Positions 1-9,676 of a DNA stretch of 35,340 nt are shown piece after piece. Source of the DNA: Chrysochromulina tobinii (taxonomy: Eukaryota). Location of the stretch: the NCBI GenBank assembly GCA_001275005.1, contig JWZX01002690.1:1-35340 (forward strand), given 5' to 3'. The notes beneath the pieces are model-generated. The model worked only from the letters and a program-made list of their open reading frames with translations. It did not search any database and had not been told where the DNA came from. Position numbers and translations under genes: made by a program. The first letter of the stretch is position 1. Each line of letters starts with the position of its first letter.

Positions 1-70
1 CGCGCTTTGCGCCCCCCACGATGGGTCTCCACGGGACCTGTGGCTGTGCGTCTCGCCGTGATGGCCAATT

Positions 71-94
71 AACGTGAACGTGAACGTGAACGTG
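71..94. repeat. (AACGTG)x4 microsatellite about 90 bp upstream of the first CDS
   Basis: aacgtgaacgtgaacgtgaacgtg read directly. Confidence 0.9.
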
Positions 95-185
95 ACTTCT
101 GTTCTCGTTCGCCTTCGCGTCGGGAGTGCCGAAAGCCCGCGCGCGAGCTAGTGTGCCGCGGTGGCGCTGAACCGACGCGTCGCAC

Positions 186-1913
186 ATGCTGGAGCCTGAC
201 TTCTTCAGCCGCTACGACCAGCTGGCCAAGTTCGCGGAATCCTTGTCAGGCGTGGCCACCCAGCTAACCACGGCGACGAATTCGCTGCAGCAGACGCAGT
301 CACAGCTTGCTCAACAGCAGGCGGCGCTTGCTCACAATGTCAAGGAAACTAAGATCAACGTTGACCGAATCAAGTGCGTCTCGTCGCACTGGTTCTACGG
401 CAATACTGCGCTTCAGCCTCAGTTGTGGCTGCGGGGTGGGACCAAGGGTAAAATCTCGCGCGCGGAGGCAAAGCTCGCCAAGTTCGAGGAGGAGAGACCC
501 GGCCTCGAAGCAGGGATCGCGCAGCTGCAGAGCGTGACCCTCCCTCCGCTTCAGAGCGAGGTCAATCGGCTCCAAGCTTTGAGCAACGACAAGGCCGGCG
601 CCGACAACGAGCGAGCTGCCATGCGCGAGCGCGCTGTGAAATCCCACCCCTCACCCCGGCTCCAGTACCTCAATTCCACCGCCGAGGAGTGGAAAGTGAT
701 GCTCGCATTTGAGCAGGCGAATTCGAGCATCTTGAAAGAAGTGGGCAAGCTTTGCCACCAGGCGCATGATAAGTACAATCGGGCGCTGCAGGACCTGCAG
801 CAAGCCAACAATGCCAACCAAGCGGCCATTCGCGAGCATCGGCGCGAGCAGAGGGAGGAGGGACAGGACGCGCAGCTGGCCGCTCAGCGCGAAGCCATGG
901 ATCAACAGCGACGCGATCGCATGATGGAGCAAGCGGCGCGAGACGCCGACCAGGCCGCCGGGATCCTCACCAACGCCTTTGCCATGGTGCCAGCGGCAGT
1001 GCGGCAGCGCTACCCGGCCCAATGCGCGCAGATCGGCCACGTGCAGGTACCGTTACTCTCCCAGACCGACTTTGGCAATAAGATGATGGAATTCTTCGGC
1101 GGGGGGGCGGAACTCTTCGCTGAGTTCAACTCGGGCAATAAGATCCGGCGCAACATGGCCATCGTGAACCAGTGCAAGTCCGTCGCGCACTCGCAGGAGC
1201 AGACGGTGCGCGCTCTCGAGGCCCAATTACTCAGAGACGCGGACGAGGCAAGGAGGCAGCTGCAGCTGACCACACAGCATCTCGAGGCGGAGAAGGACCA
1301 GATCATGGCCGCGTTGCGGAACGCCATGATGCAGGGCTTCCCGCAGGCGGCCCCAGCAGTGCCTATGACGATGATGCCTGCCGCGCCGCCCATGGCGATG
1401 GCAGCAGCGTACACACCACAAATGGCCGCGCCGCCTATGGCGATGGCAGAAGTGTACACGCCGCAATTGGCCGCGCCGCCCATGGCGATGGCAGAAGTGT
1501 ACACGCCGCAAATGGCCGCGCCGCCCATGGCAACGGCAGAAGTGTACACGCCGCAAATGGCCGCGCTACCAATGGCGACCGCAGAAGCGTACCCGCCCAT
1601 GGTGATGCCGGCGCCGCAAGTGGCGGCAATGATGCCGGTGCCGCCCATGGCCCAGGCGCCTATTGGTGCCGCCCAGGTGCAGCAAGACATGGCGATGCAG
1701 CAAGAAGTGGCGATGATGGGCCAGATGATGGGGCAGATGGCAACCGTGCAAATTGGGGCGATGGCGCAGATGTCGGCGATGGTGCAGCCGCAGATGGCGC
1801 AGCAGGCGATGGAGCAAGGGCAGACGGCGGCGAAGGTGCCGCCGCAAATGGCCGCGCTGCCCGTCGCGACGGCAGAAGCGCACCCGCCCATGATGATGCC
1901 GGCGCCGCCGTAA
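186..1913 (+). CDS. Hypothetical coiled-coil protein with a Pro/Met/Ala/Gln-rich repetitive C-terminus (575 aa)
   Basis: Long ATG-initiated ORF with GC3-rich codons, a Q/E/A/L helical N-terminal two-thirds and a low-complexity tail. No family recognised. Confidence 0.75.
   Translation: MLEPDFFSRYDQLAKFAESLSGVATQLTTATNSLQQTQSQLAQQQAALAHNVKETKINVDRIKCVSSHWFYGNTALQPQLWLRGGTKGKISRAEAKLAKFEEERPGLEAGIAQLQSVTLPPLQSEVNRLQALSNDKAGADNERAAMRERAVKSHPSPRLQYLNSTAEEWKVMLAFEQANSSILKEVGKLCHQAHDKYNRALQDLQQANNANQAAIREHRREQREEGQDAQLAAQREAMDQQRRDRMMEQAARDADQAAGILTNAFAMVPAAVRQRYPAQCAQIGHVQVPLLSQTDFGNKMMEFFGGGAELFAEFNSGNKIRRNMAIVNQCKSVAHSQEQTVRALEAQLLRDADEARRQLQLTTQHLEAEKDQIMAALRNAMMQGFPQAAPAVPMTMMPAAPPMAMAAAYTPQMAAPPMAMAEVYTPQLAAPPMAMAEVYTPQMAAPPMATAEVYTPQMAALPMATAEAYPPMVMPAPQVAAMMPVPPMAQAPIGAAQVQQDMAMQQEVAMMGQMMGQMATVQIGAMAQMSAMVQPQMAQQAMEQGQTAAKVPPQMAALPVATAEAHPPMMMPAPP
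1380..1600 (+). repeat. 45-bp coding tandem repeat, about 5 copies (AAPPMAMAEVYTPQM)
   Basis: Units start near 1380, 1425, 1470, 1515 and 1560. A further dispersed copy lies near 1842-1923. Confidence 0.9.
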
Positions 1914-2512
1914 GTGGCGGCAACGACTTCCACAGACATACCATGATCCCATGAGCGCTTCATCGCATCATTCAAAGACTCATGCTTTATTGCGATTGCG
2001 GATGGTCGTAGCCGCCGCTCTATTAAACCAAAAAACGTACAGCCAGGCCCACGTGGATGTGCACTGGGCTGACTGTATAAGGGGGGCACCATTGGGCACA
2101 CCCTCTCCAGCAACGAACAGTGTGCCCCTGTCGCTGGTTCTTTTTCCTTGGGGGGCATGGGAGGCCGGTCACGTGAACTATCGGCCGGGGGCCGATAGAT
2201 GTAGCGTGGCCGGGACGGGGGTGGGGGGCCGGATCCTTGATAATCCTCGCCGGTGTGTTAGTCCACCGAGCGACGCGACCGCTGCGTGGCAGTGTTTCGC
2301 GTGGTAGTGGCTGGTCGGTACCTTGTGTGTCGATTCAACTGACCCTTTCTCAATCTTGTGGGCAAAACATGGGTCATGATGGACGCGGCGACCAAATAGG
2401 TCGTTGGCATTCGTATTGCTATCCATCTAGGCGGTGCGAACTACGAAGAGAGTGCGGTCGGGGAGGACGTGCCTGACGTGCACGGCGAGCCGCGCGTCAA
2501 CGGTGCGGTCAG

Positions 2513-4357
2513 ATGAAGGTCCTGATCATATGGCTCCTTTTTCCTCTGTGCCGCACCGACACGACCATTGTCCACAAGCGCCACTGCTCTTTCGAGCACC
2601 GAACCAAGGTCCGGGATTGCACGCAGAACCGCAACCGGCACGATTGTGAGGCGTCACGCATGGGCAGCACACTGGACGTATTCCAAACGTGCTGGGACTG
2701 GGGACACAGCTGCCAGCCAGCCCGACGGATCTTGGCTGCAGGGCTGGACGGCAACATGACGCGGCAACGATTGGCATGGCAGATTCGGAGTCGGCTGCAG
2801 CAGTGCCCCCAGGATGCACCTGTGCGGACCCTAGAGGCGAAGTTTGCACAGGAGGAGTGCTCGTCGTCAATGGAGCTGTGTGTCCGACGGCGCTACACAC
2901 GGCCCGCGCCGGTACAGCCAACATGGGGCAAGTATGGCTACCACGGCAAGCATTTTTCCAAATGGCTCGACGACTTTGAGCTCAGGCATCCGATGACGCC
3001 TCCGGTAGCGAAGACCAAGGGGTGGGAAGAGCCATACAAGGGGCTGACAGCAGCTCTCACTCCGGATGGGGCGGTGCTGCAAGGCGCCGAGGCCGACGAG
3101 GCGCTCTCCGCTCTGCACTTGAGTCGTCCCGTCGCCTACGGTCTCGTCATGATGTCGAGCCACCATCAAAAGGACCTGCAGTACAAGCAGTCGGCGGCGA
3201 TGCTCCGGTGGAGTGCGTCCGCCCTCGCGCACGTGAGCCAGCGGCCAGGGGGGCGTGGCCTCGGGCTGGCCGCACTGCTGCTGGTACACAACAACGCGGC
3301 CTGGAGTGAGAAGGAGCTGATCCGCATGCTGCAGTACTATGAGCTCGAAGGTCCACGCCAGATGCTCCGAATGCTCGTGCGTCCGACGGTGAACATGGGC
3401 TACCTGTGCGGTGAGCTCTCCATCCTCGCCCATGTACTCCTCTCCCATCTACTCTCATGATTCGTCCATCTACCGCACAGGTGAGCTCTCCATCCTCGCC
3501 GCAACGGCCTCGATGTGGGCGCACTTCCCTTGGGTGCTGTACAACAGTGGCCCCGACGCGGTCCTGACCCCGTACGGTGCGACCGCCTTCGCGAATTGGA
3601 TGGAGTGGGTCGAGCCCGGCTGCGCGAACACGACGGCATTCCTCGGCGGCCGCTTTCAGGTGTGATGACGACTGATTGTATGCTGATGGGCCTCCCTCAC
3701 TGCATGCTGACCGCGAACACGACGGCATTCCTCGGCGGCCGCGTTCAGACACCCGAGCGCATCATGCAGGTCGTCCCTCACTTCGCCATGGACGTCTTCT
3801 TCTTTTGGCCTGCCAAGTTCCTCGAGGCCGGCCAGAAGGCGGCTGGCCAAGCCAATAAGGCGCCCCAGCCCATGGCGAGCTCGGGCAGGCGCTCGCCGTT
3901 GATCACGCCGTGGTTGAATGCGACACGATGGTGCTTGATGGGCTGGGCTCCTGACGAGCCACGGCCCGAGTCGACGACCTATGGGCCGTTCAACAATGAG
4001 ACGGACGAGATCTTCGCCCTTCCGGAGTATCTGCTCCACGAGATGCAGTTCAGATTCGATCTCGACTACCGCATACTGCCCGGCGGGACTGGATGGGGGA
4101 TCGCAGACTCAGCCCGGGTCCCCAAACCAGGGCAGCCCGGAAAGTTCGAGAACCGGCACGCTAAGGCCATTCCGTTCCCGAAGCAGACGTGTGCCAACGG
4201 CATCTGCGATGACTGGCACGGGATCTGGCATAGCCACTTTTGGCAGTCGGTTGAGGAATGGATGCACAACCTGAACCGCACGTTTGGAGGCGACGTGCCA
4301 TGGACGCACATGTTCGATGTCGACAAGACTCATCGCACGTACGATATTGTTACCTAG
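2513..4357 (+). CDS. Secreted hypothetical protein, 3 exons (2513-3410, 3481-3659, 3749-4357; 561 aa)
   Basis: Signal-peptide-like start MKVLIIWLLFPLC. Three overlapping ORFs join into one frame after removing two GT-AG introns (spliced length 1686 nt). Confidence 0.7.
3411..3480 (+). other. GT-AG intron (70 nt) whose first 20 nt equal the first 20 nt of the next exon
   Basis: gtgagctctccatcctcgcc occurs at 3411 and 3481. The intron ends in cgcacag and its removal restores the frame. Confidence 0.8.
3660..3748 (+). other. GT-AG intron (89 nt) whose last 37 nt copy the end of the upstream exon
   Basis: cgcgaacacgacggcattcctcggcggccgc(t/g)ttcag occurs at 3623-3659 and 3712-3748. Removal gives GGRFQ|TPERIM. 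Confidence 0.8.
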
Positions 4358-4576
4358 ATATCGATCAGCTGAGTCACAAGCGTCGAGCGAGTCCCTATGG
4401 CTCGATTATGCCGCGCGGTGTCGTCGTACCCCGCTTGCCGTGCCTTTTCTGCGCGGTGCCTTTTCTGTGCGGAGTTTTATCACTTTTCTCACTTTCCGCA
4501 ACGCTGAAGAAATGACGCATAATCTATCATATCGACACGTGACAAGCATATAAGTATCCGCTTGTCCGTGCGCGCC

Positions 4577-6376
4577 TTAGACCAGCTCGGTGCTGCCACC
4601 CGTCTCGGCTTGCCTATCGATCTGCTCATCCCGCGCCTTCTTCGCGCCAAGGATGCACCTCGAGGCAGCGTAGAAGACGAGCGCGAGCACGACCGTAAAC
4701 GTAGATCCCGAAAGGATGGCCATCGCCTTGGCAGCCGTCGAGTACGGCGTCGCGAGGGACGCCACGTACGTCGGGGCGACGGCATGGGCGACCGCCTCGA
4801 CGACGAGGAGAGAGGAGAGTCGGAGGTAATGCACGTAGAGGTCGCGGATGCAAATCAGCCATGTCCAGCCGACAAAGAAGGCGCCGCCGTGGATGAGCAA
4901 GAACATCCCGGTGGCCTTGCGGCTCGCGGAGGTCTCATGCCTCTTGCCAGCGATCACGATCAAGTACGAGACGAAGAGCGTCAGGCTGAGGGTCACGACG
5001 AGGTTCTGGCCGAGGACACGTAAGGTGGGCGCCTGACTGAGCGAGAGGAAGAGTGCCGTGGCCACGTCCGACCACGCGCAACCGACGACGAATGCGAGCG
5101 CCTCCTGGACTGCGTCCGCGTACACCAACGCATACGAGTATGCAACTCCCTGCTGCTCGAGGCGCCTGGACACCAGGCTGGATAAGAGGGTCGCAACATA
5201 AGTGATCGCCAGCGTGTACAGCACCTGTATTTCCACCTTGAGGTACCGCCCACTATCTCTAGGCAAAGCGAGGTACTCGGCCATGTACAAGGTCTTGTAC
5301 CACAAGACCATGGTGACGACCGAGGCGACGCACTTAACCATCGCAATAAAGTCCATGATGAACTCCTCACAGGCTGACGAGCGCTGTACTGAGCGCGAGG
5401 TCCTCGTCGGCGCTGAGGCTGTCGGACTTGACGGTGGGGCGGCCGATTGTGGGGAGGCCGAGGTGCCCAAGATGGCGCTCGTTGTACCCTCTGGGCGTCG
5501 AGGGGGCGGAGTATCCGAGGTGCCCAAGATGGCGCTCGTTGTACCCTCTGGCCGTCGAGGAGGCGGAGTATCGTACGCAGCTCGAGAATGCGCATGAGCA
5601 TCCAGGGCGAGGCCATTATTGGCCGCGCTGGTGTGGGCGCTCCTCGCGCCATCGAGCTCGTTGATCTCGGCGTCGACCTCGGCGTTGATCTCGGTCCTCG
5701 CGGCGAAGGGCTCGATCATCACGATGACGAGCCCGAGCGCGAGCGCCGTCGTGAGCGTGAACGCCACTGCAAAGGCAGCATCGAAGGCGATGCAGTCACC
5801 ACTTGTGGTGAGGCTGCCGATCTCGCAGATGGCCGGGTAGAAGAGCTTCATCTCCACGACGGCCTGTGAGAGGGCGTTCGCCCACGCCCAGCCGACGATG
5901 AAGTTGCAAATGAGGTGGTTGCCGAACATGAGCTTGGCAAAGCCGGTCACTGGGATGGCGATGAGCGCAAAGACAGCCTGGTCCCACGCTGAGCCGACCG
6001 GGTTGCACGGGGCCGGGTGGTATGGAGTGCCACAAAAGGGTACCGGCCGCAAGCCGAGGATGTCGGCAGCGATCAGATCGTAGATCGTGCGAGAGAGGCT
6101 GAACATGGCCGCGCCCTCAAGGAAGAGAGCGACAGCCTTGACCGTGCTAAAGGGCAGAGCCGTGCAGCATATGAGGATCGGAGGCTCGTCGCTCTTGCCG
6201 TACCGAACCCGCAACTTGCTCATCTTCGTGTCATCGGGGCGCGGCGTACGATACGCGAGTGGGTGCGATAAGCGAGTGAGCTTCACGCTGGAAGCATCGC
6301 CGTAACAATCTCGGAGCGTCTCCATGCGTTCACGGAGCATGCGTTGTTTGAACGCGCGCAACTCATTGCTGGCCAT
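4577..6376 (-). CDS. Multi-pass membrane protein of unknown function (599 aa)
   Basis: Long ATG ORF with two clusters of hydrophobic segments separated by a Pro/Ser-rich loop. Confidence 0.7.
   Translation of the reverse strand: MASNELRAFKQRMLRERMETLRDCYGDASSVKLTRLSHPLAYRTPRPDDTKMSKLRVRYGKSDEPPILICCTALPFSTVKAVALFLEGAAMFSLSRTIYDLIAADILGLRPVPFCGTPYHPAPCNPVGSAWDQAVFALIAIPVTGFAKLMFGNHLICNFIVGWAWANALSQAVVEMKLFYPAICEIGSLTTSGDCIAFDAAFAVAFTLTTALALGLVIVMIEPFAARTEINAEVDAEINELDGARSAHTSAANNGLALDAHAHSRAAYDTPPPRRPEGTTSAILGTSDTPPPRRPEGTTSAILGTSASPQSAAPPSSPTASAPTRTSRSVQRSSACEEFIMDFIAMVKCVASVVTMVLWYKTLYMAEYLALPRDSGRYLKVEIQVLYTLAITYVATLLSSLVSRRLEQQGVAYSYALVYADAVQEALAFVVGCAWSDVATALFLSLSQAPTLRVLGQNLVVTLSLTLFVSYLIVIAGKRHETSASRKATGMFLLIHGGAFFVGWTWLICIRDLYVHYLRLSSLLVVEAVAHAVAPTYVASLATPYSTAAKAMAILSGSTFTVVLALVFYAASRCILGAKKARDEQIDRQAETGGSTELV
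5459..5572 (-). repeat. 57-bp in-frame tandem duplication (DTPPPRRPEGTTSAILGTS x2)
   Basis: Two near-identical units at 5459-5515 and 5516-5572. Confidence 0.9.
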
Positions 6377-6588
6377 GTCAACGGGGCTCGCTCGGCTCGC
6401 TGTTGACCGCGAGTCGGTTGGGTACCGGGTAGTGCAACATGATCACGCCATTTGCTCTTCACATCAATTAGACGCACCAAATTAGGTAACGAAACGGACC
6501 CACACACTCACGTTGGACCCAAGGATCTGACAATCGCCAGCTCTTCTAAACTCAAATCTGGCTTTTGGAGATACCCGGTACCTCCTCC

Positions 6589-7845
6589 ATGCTAATGCTT
6601 TGGTGGCACGCGGCCAGCGCCCTCTCCTTGCGGCCAGCCAGCCGAGCCTCACAAATTCACGCTACTGTGGGTACAGCTGAGATCCTTGGACGTAGTCCGG
6701 CCACTTCCGGCGACGTACTACTGTTGGGTCTAGCATTGCAGCAGCTGCAGGCGTCGCCGCTGTCGGTGGCTGAGCTTACAGAATCGATCGATCAAGCTGG
6801 GACCAACGCGTCGCCATCGGCTCTCGAGACGATCGCCGATTTCCTCAAGCGTCAGCGGCGCTCGCAGCTGCTCGTCGATTTGCTCAAGTCGGATCGTGCC
6901 GCCTACATTGAGACAGCGACCTTCTTGCCCATCCCGCGACGTGAGCTGCCCAACCGGCAAGACATACCGCTGCGTGCGTGCGACACAGCGCCGCGACGCG
7001 CCGACGCACTCCCCGAGACTGATCTGATCGGCGGTCTCACTGCCGACGGGTTGGTGCCCGATAGCCCCTTAGCGGACAAGGCGATGGGCGAAAACGGGCT
7101 CGAGGCCGCAATCCTTGAATTGACTCGCGACATCTACTCAAAGGAAACCGGCGTCTCGCGCAGTGACGAGAAGGGCATCCGTGGGCTAATCGACGAGATG
7201 CGCCGCTTTATGCTCTCGGCGCGGGGCGTCTCACCCGCGGCGCAGCAGGAGGTGCTCATTCGGACTCTTCGCGTACTGATGACGCCCGTGCTGCCGCCCT
7301 TCTATCGCATCTTCATGGGCGGCAAGGTGCCGACTTTTGACCCCGAGGACGAGCGCATTGGCGCCGACCCACAGTGGCTCGCCGACGGTTTCAGCTGGGT
7401 GCGCTCCAAGCTGCCCGTGGGCAAGCAGTGGCTCGAGCCGGGCCGGCAGCTCGGTCCATGGTTTTACGCCCCGACGCTGACTGCGGTGGTGGCTCCGTAT
7501 GCGTTCGGCTTCCTCGTTGGCCCCGCGTCTCTCAACCGACGCTCAGACGGCGAGTTGGGGGGGCTCGTGGTGGAGAAGTGCAAATTCCTGCAGGAGTCCA
7601 ATTGCAAGGGCATGTGCCTCAACTCGTGCAAGCTGCCCGCCCAGAATCTGTTTGCTGAGCTCGGGCTGCCCTTGCGAGTGAGTCCCAATTTTGCGACGCA
7701 CGAATGCCAATGGAGCTTTGGCGAGTTGGCGCCACCTCCAACGGAAGACCCGACCTGGCCAAAGGGCTGCGTCGTAGGCTGCACTTCGCGCGAGGCGATG
7801 AGGCAACTCAATGGTGGAGGTCCGACGGTGCGGGCATGCGAGTGA
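6589..7845 (+). CDS. Beta-carotene isomerase D27-like (DUF4033) protein, probably plastid-targeted
   Basis: C-terminal motif VVEKCKFLQESNCKGMCLNSCKLPAQ...LGLPLRVSPNF..HECQWSFG..PP..EDP is typical of D27/DUF4033. The N-terminus MLMLWWHAASALSLRP resembles a signal plus transit peptide. First ATG is at 6589. Confidence 0.85.
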   Translation: MLMLWWHAASALSLRPASRASQIHATVGTAEILGRSPATSGDVLLLGLALQQLQASPLSVAELTESIDQAGTNASPSALETIADFLKRQRRSQLLVDLLKSDRAAYIETATFLPIPRRELPNRQDIPLRACDTAPRRADALPETDLIGGLTADGLVPDSPLADKAMGENGLEAAILELTRDIYSKETGVSRSDEKGIRGLIDEMRRFMLSARGVSPAAQQEVLIRTLRVLMTPVLPPFYRIFMGGKVPTFDPEDERIGADPQWLADGFSWVRSKLPVGKQWLEPGRQLGPWFYAPTLTAVVAPYAFGFLVGPASLNRRSDGELGGLVVEKCKFLQESNCKGMCLNSCKLPAQNLFAELGLPLRVSPNFATHECQWSFGELAPPPTEDPTWPKGCVVGCTSREAMRQLNGGGPTVRACE

Positions 7846-8424
7846 GCCGCACGTGCGCACTACGCTCCACAGCAGAGGAGCAACGTCGACTCCGTCGAGT
7901 GACAAAGAGGAAGAGATCTGGAATCTGGGTGCGTCCCCGTCCGAGTTACCGAGGATCCAGATCTGCCCTCTGGCACGCATGGCTCTGGATGGGAGGCTCT
8001 GGATGGGATGCATGCGTTTGTTCTTCGCGTTCACTCACGTGTCACGATGCACCCGCCCTGAGCTCTGCCGTTCCGGTTCACACAACAGTCGACACATGCC
8101 ATAACCTCGATCTCTGCGGAGTCAGACAAATAATTATCTATGTTCAGGCCTTTAAAGCACGTGATACAGCTCGTACACGGGGCGAGGGGGGGTGGACACA
8201 CGACCGCCGCGGGGCGCGGGAAAGCTACCGGTACAGAGGGCGGGGGAGAGGACAGATCGGATGAACATTGGTGCGCACCGCCAGCTAAATTGCGGACGAC
8301 CCACTCTGACGAATCGCCCACGCAACGCTGTGGAAAGTGACGAATTGCTTCAGGCACCCAAAAAAGGTCTCACACATCGGCACCCACAAACGCAAACGCT
8401 CCCCCCCCGTCGGCACCCCACAAA

Positions 8425-9219
8425 ATGGTATCGACGTCAATGCTGCTTGCACTTGGCTCCGAGGCGCAGCTCAACATCAACTGTACCTTATCCGTCAGCA
8501 ACCCGGTGGACATATCTCCTATACGTTCGCCACAGGATGTCCATTCTGTGCTGGCCAACGATTATTTTGCGCGCAAACGCCTTGTTGAGATTGGCACGCG
8601 CAACGGCGACGGGATGAGCTGCTTTGTTCGAACGGCATCCCACGCGATTGCCTACGAGGCCGAGAAGAAGTATTGCACCAAGCTTGAGGCCCGCCAGCGG
8701 GGAGAGGGGACAAACTACACGGTGAGTTGCACGCTCTTCGGTTCAGCAGACATGGCTTCGTTCCCAGATGCCGACGTGTACCATTGGTGGCTCGGCCGAG
8801 ACTTTCTGAACAAGCAGCTTTTGTACGAGTTGTGCCGGCGCGTAAGTTGCGGTCAGCTACGTGCAAGCACTATAGCGGTCGTGCTCTTTGATCCAAAGGA
8901 GAAGCACGACGTGGCCAGCCTGCGCGACATGCGTCGCCTCGGCTGGATATCACGGGAGCAAGAAGTTGCATACGACGAACAGGCGAAATGCAACGCGATG
9001 CTCGAAGCCCTCAGAGCAGTTTGGCCAGCCTCAACGCCGATCGGGCCTCAAGATCCCGATCTGCTCTGGGCTTGGAGATGGGACCATAACGTGTGCGAAA
9101 GAGCCAAGGGCAGCCTGACGATTGCGACTTTCCCCATCTCGAAGCTCTCCGCGTCTCCGAAATGCAAGTGCGATGCAAGCCGGGCCGACGACGCTGACCT
9201 CAAGAAAGGGTTGTTCTGA
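8425..9219 (+). CDS. Hypothetical protein, possible class I SAM-dependent methyltransferase-like fold
   Basis: ATG ORF of 264 aa. LVEIGTRNGDG resembles motif I and is followed by AIAYE. The function is only an inference. Confidence 0.55.
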   Translation: MVSTSMLLALGSEAQLNINCTLSVSNPVDISPIRSPQDVHSVLANDYFARKRLVEIGTRNGDGMSCFVRTASHAIAYEAEKKYCTKLEARQRGEGTNYTVSCTLFGSADMASFPDADVYHWWLGRDFLNKQLLYELCRRVSCGQLRASTIAVVLFDPKEKHDVASLRDMRRLGWISREQEVAYDEQAKCNAMLEALRAVWPASTPIGPQDPDLLWAWRWDHNVCERAKGSLTIATFPISKLSASPKCKCDASRADDADLKKGLF

Positions 9220-9676
9220 TCGTGCCCAGCTGACCTCAGCTGCTCCGGTTCTCCGGTTCGCTGCGCCTCGGCCTGCCGGGGTGCTCCCCCGGGTGCCCTC
9301 GTCCGGTCCGGGGTGCTGCACTGCGTTGCTGGGCTGCTGGCGGGCCGGCGGCCGGGCCCCGGCAGGCCCGCATGAAGGCCCGTGGTCGCCCAATTGGCCC
9401 GCGGGGTAGTGCCCCGCAGTGACTCACTAGGGCACCAACTCCACCAGCACCGCGATGTGTGCAAATACTATAGAGCTTTTTAAGGCGCCTTTATTGAATC
9501 CGACCCACCGCGCGCGTCACCTGTGCACCTCCCGGTAACGCGCGATCTGTCCAAGCTCCAGGCATGGCTCCAGAGAACCAAAACTCACCCGAATCGAATC
9601 CCGATAGTAGACCACAGTCTACACTCGAGAGATGGCCTTCAAGCAGAGTGCGGGGAGGCGGGAGCGCGCGTGTTGC

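Noticed and set aside
2178..2198. 9-bp hairpin ctatcggcc-ggg-ggccgatag
   Set aside because: Isolated, no U-tract, and plausible by chance in GC-rich DNA.
9217..9420. Possible selenoprotein readthrough (TGA at 9217) with a SECIS-like ATGA stem near 9372
   Set aside because: The stem lacks the 3' GA needed for the G.A quartet, and the TGA is not in a redox-motif context.
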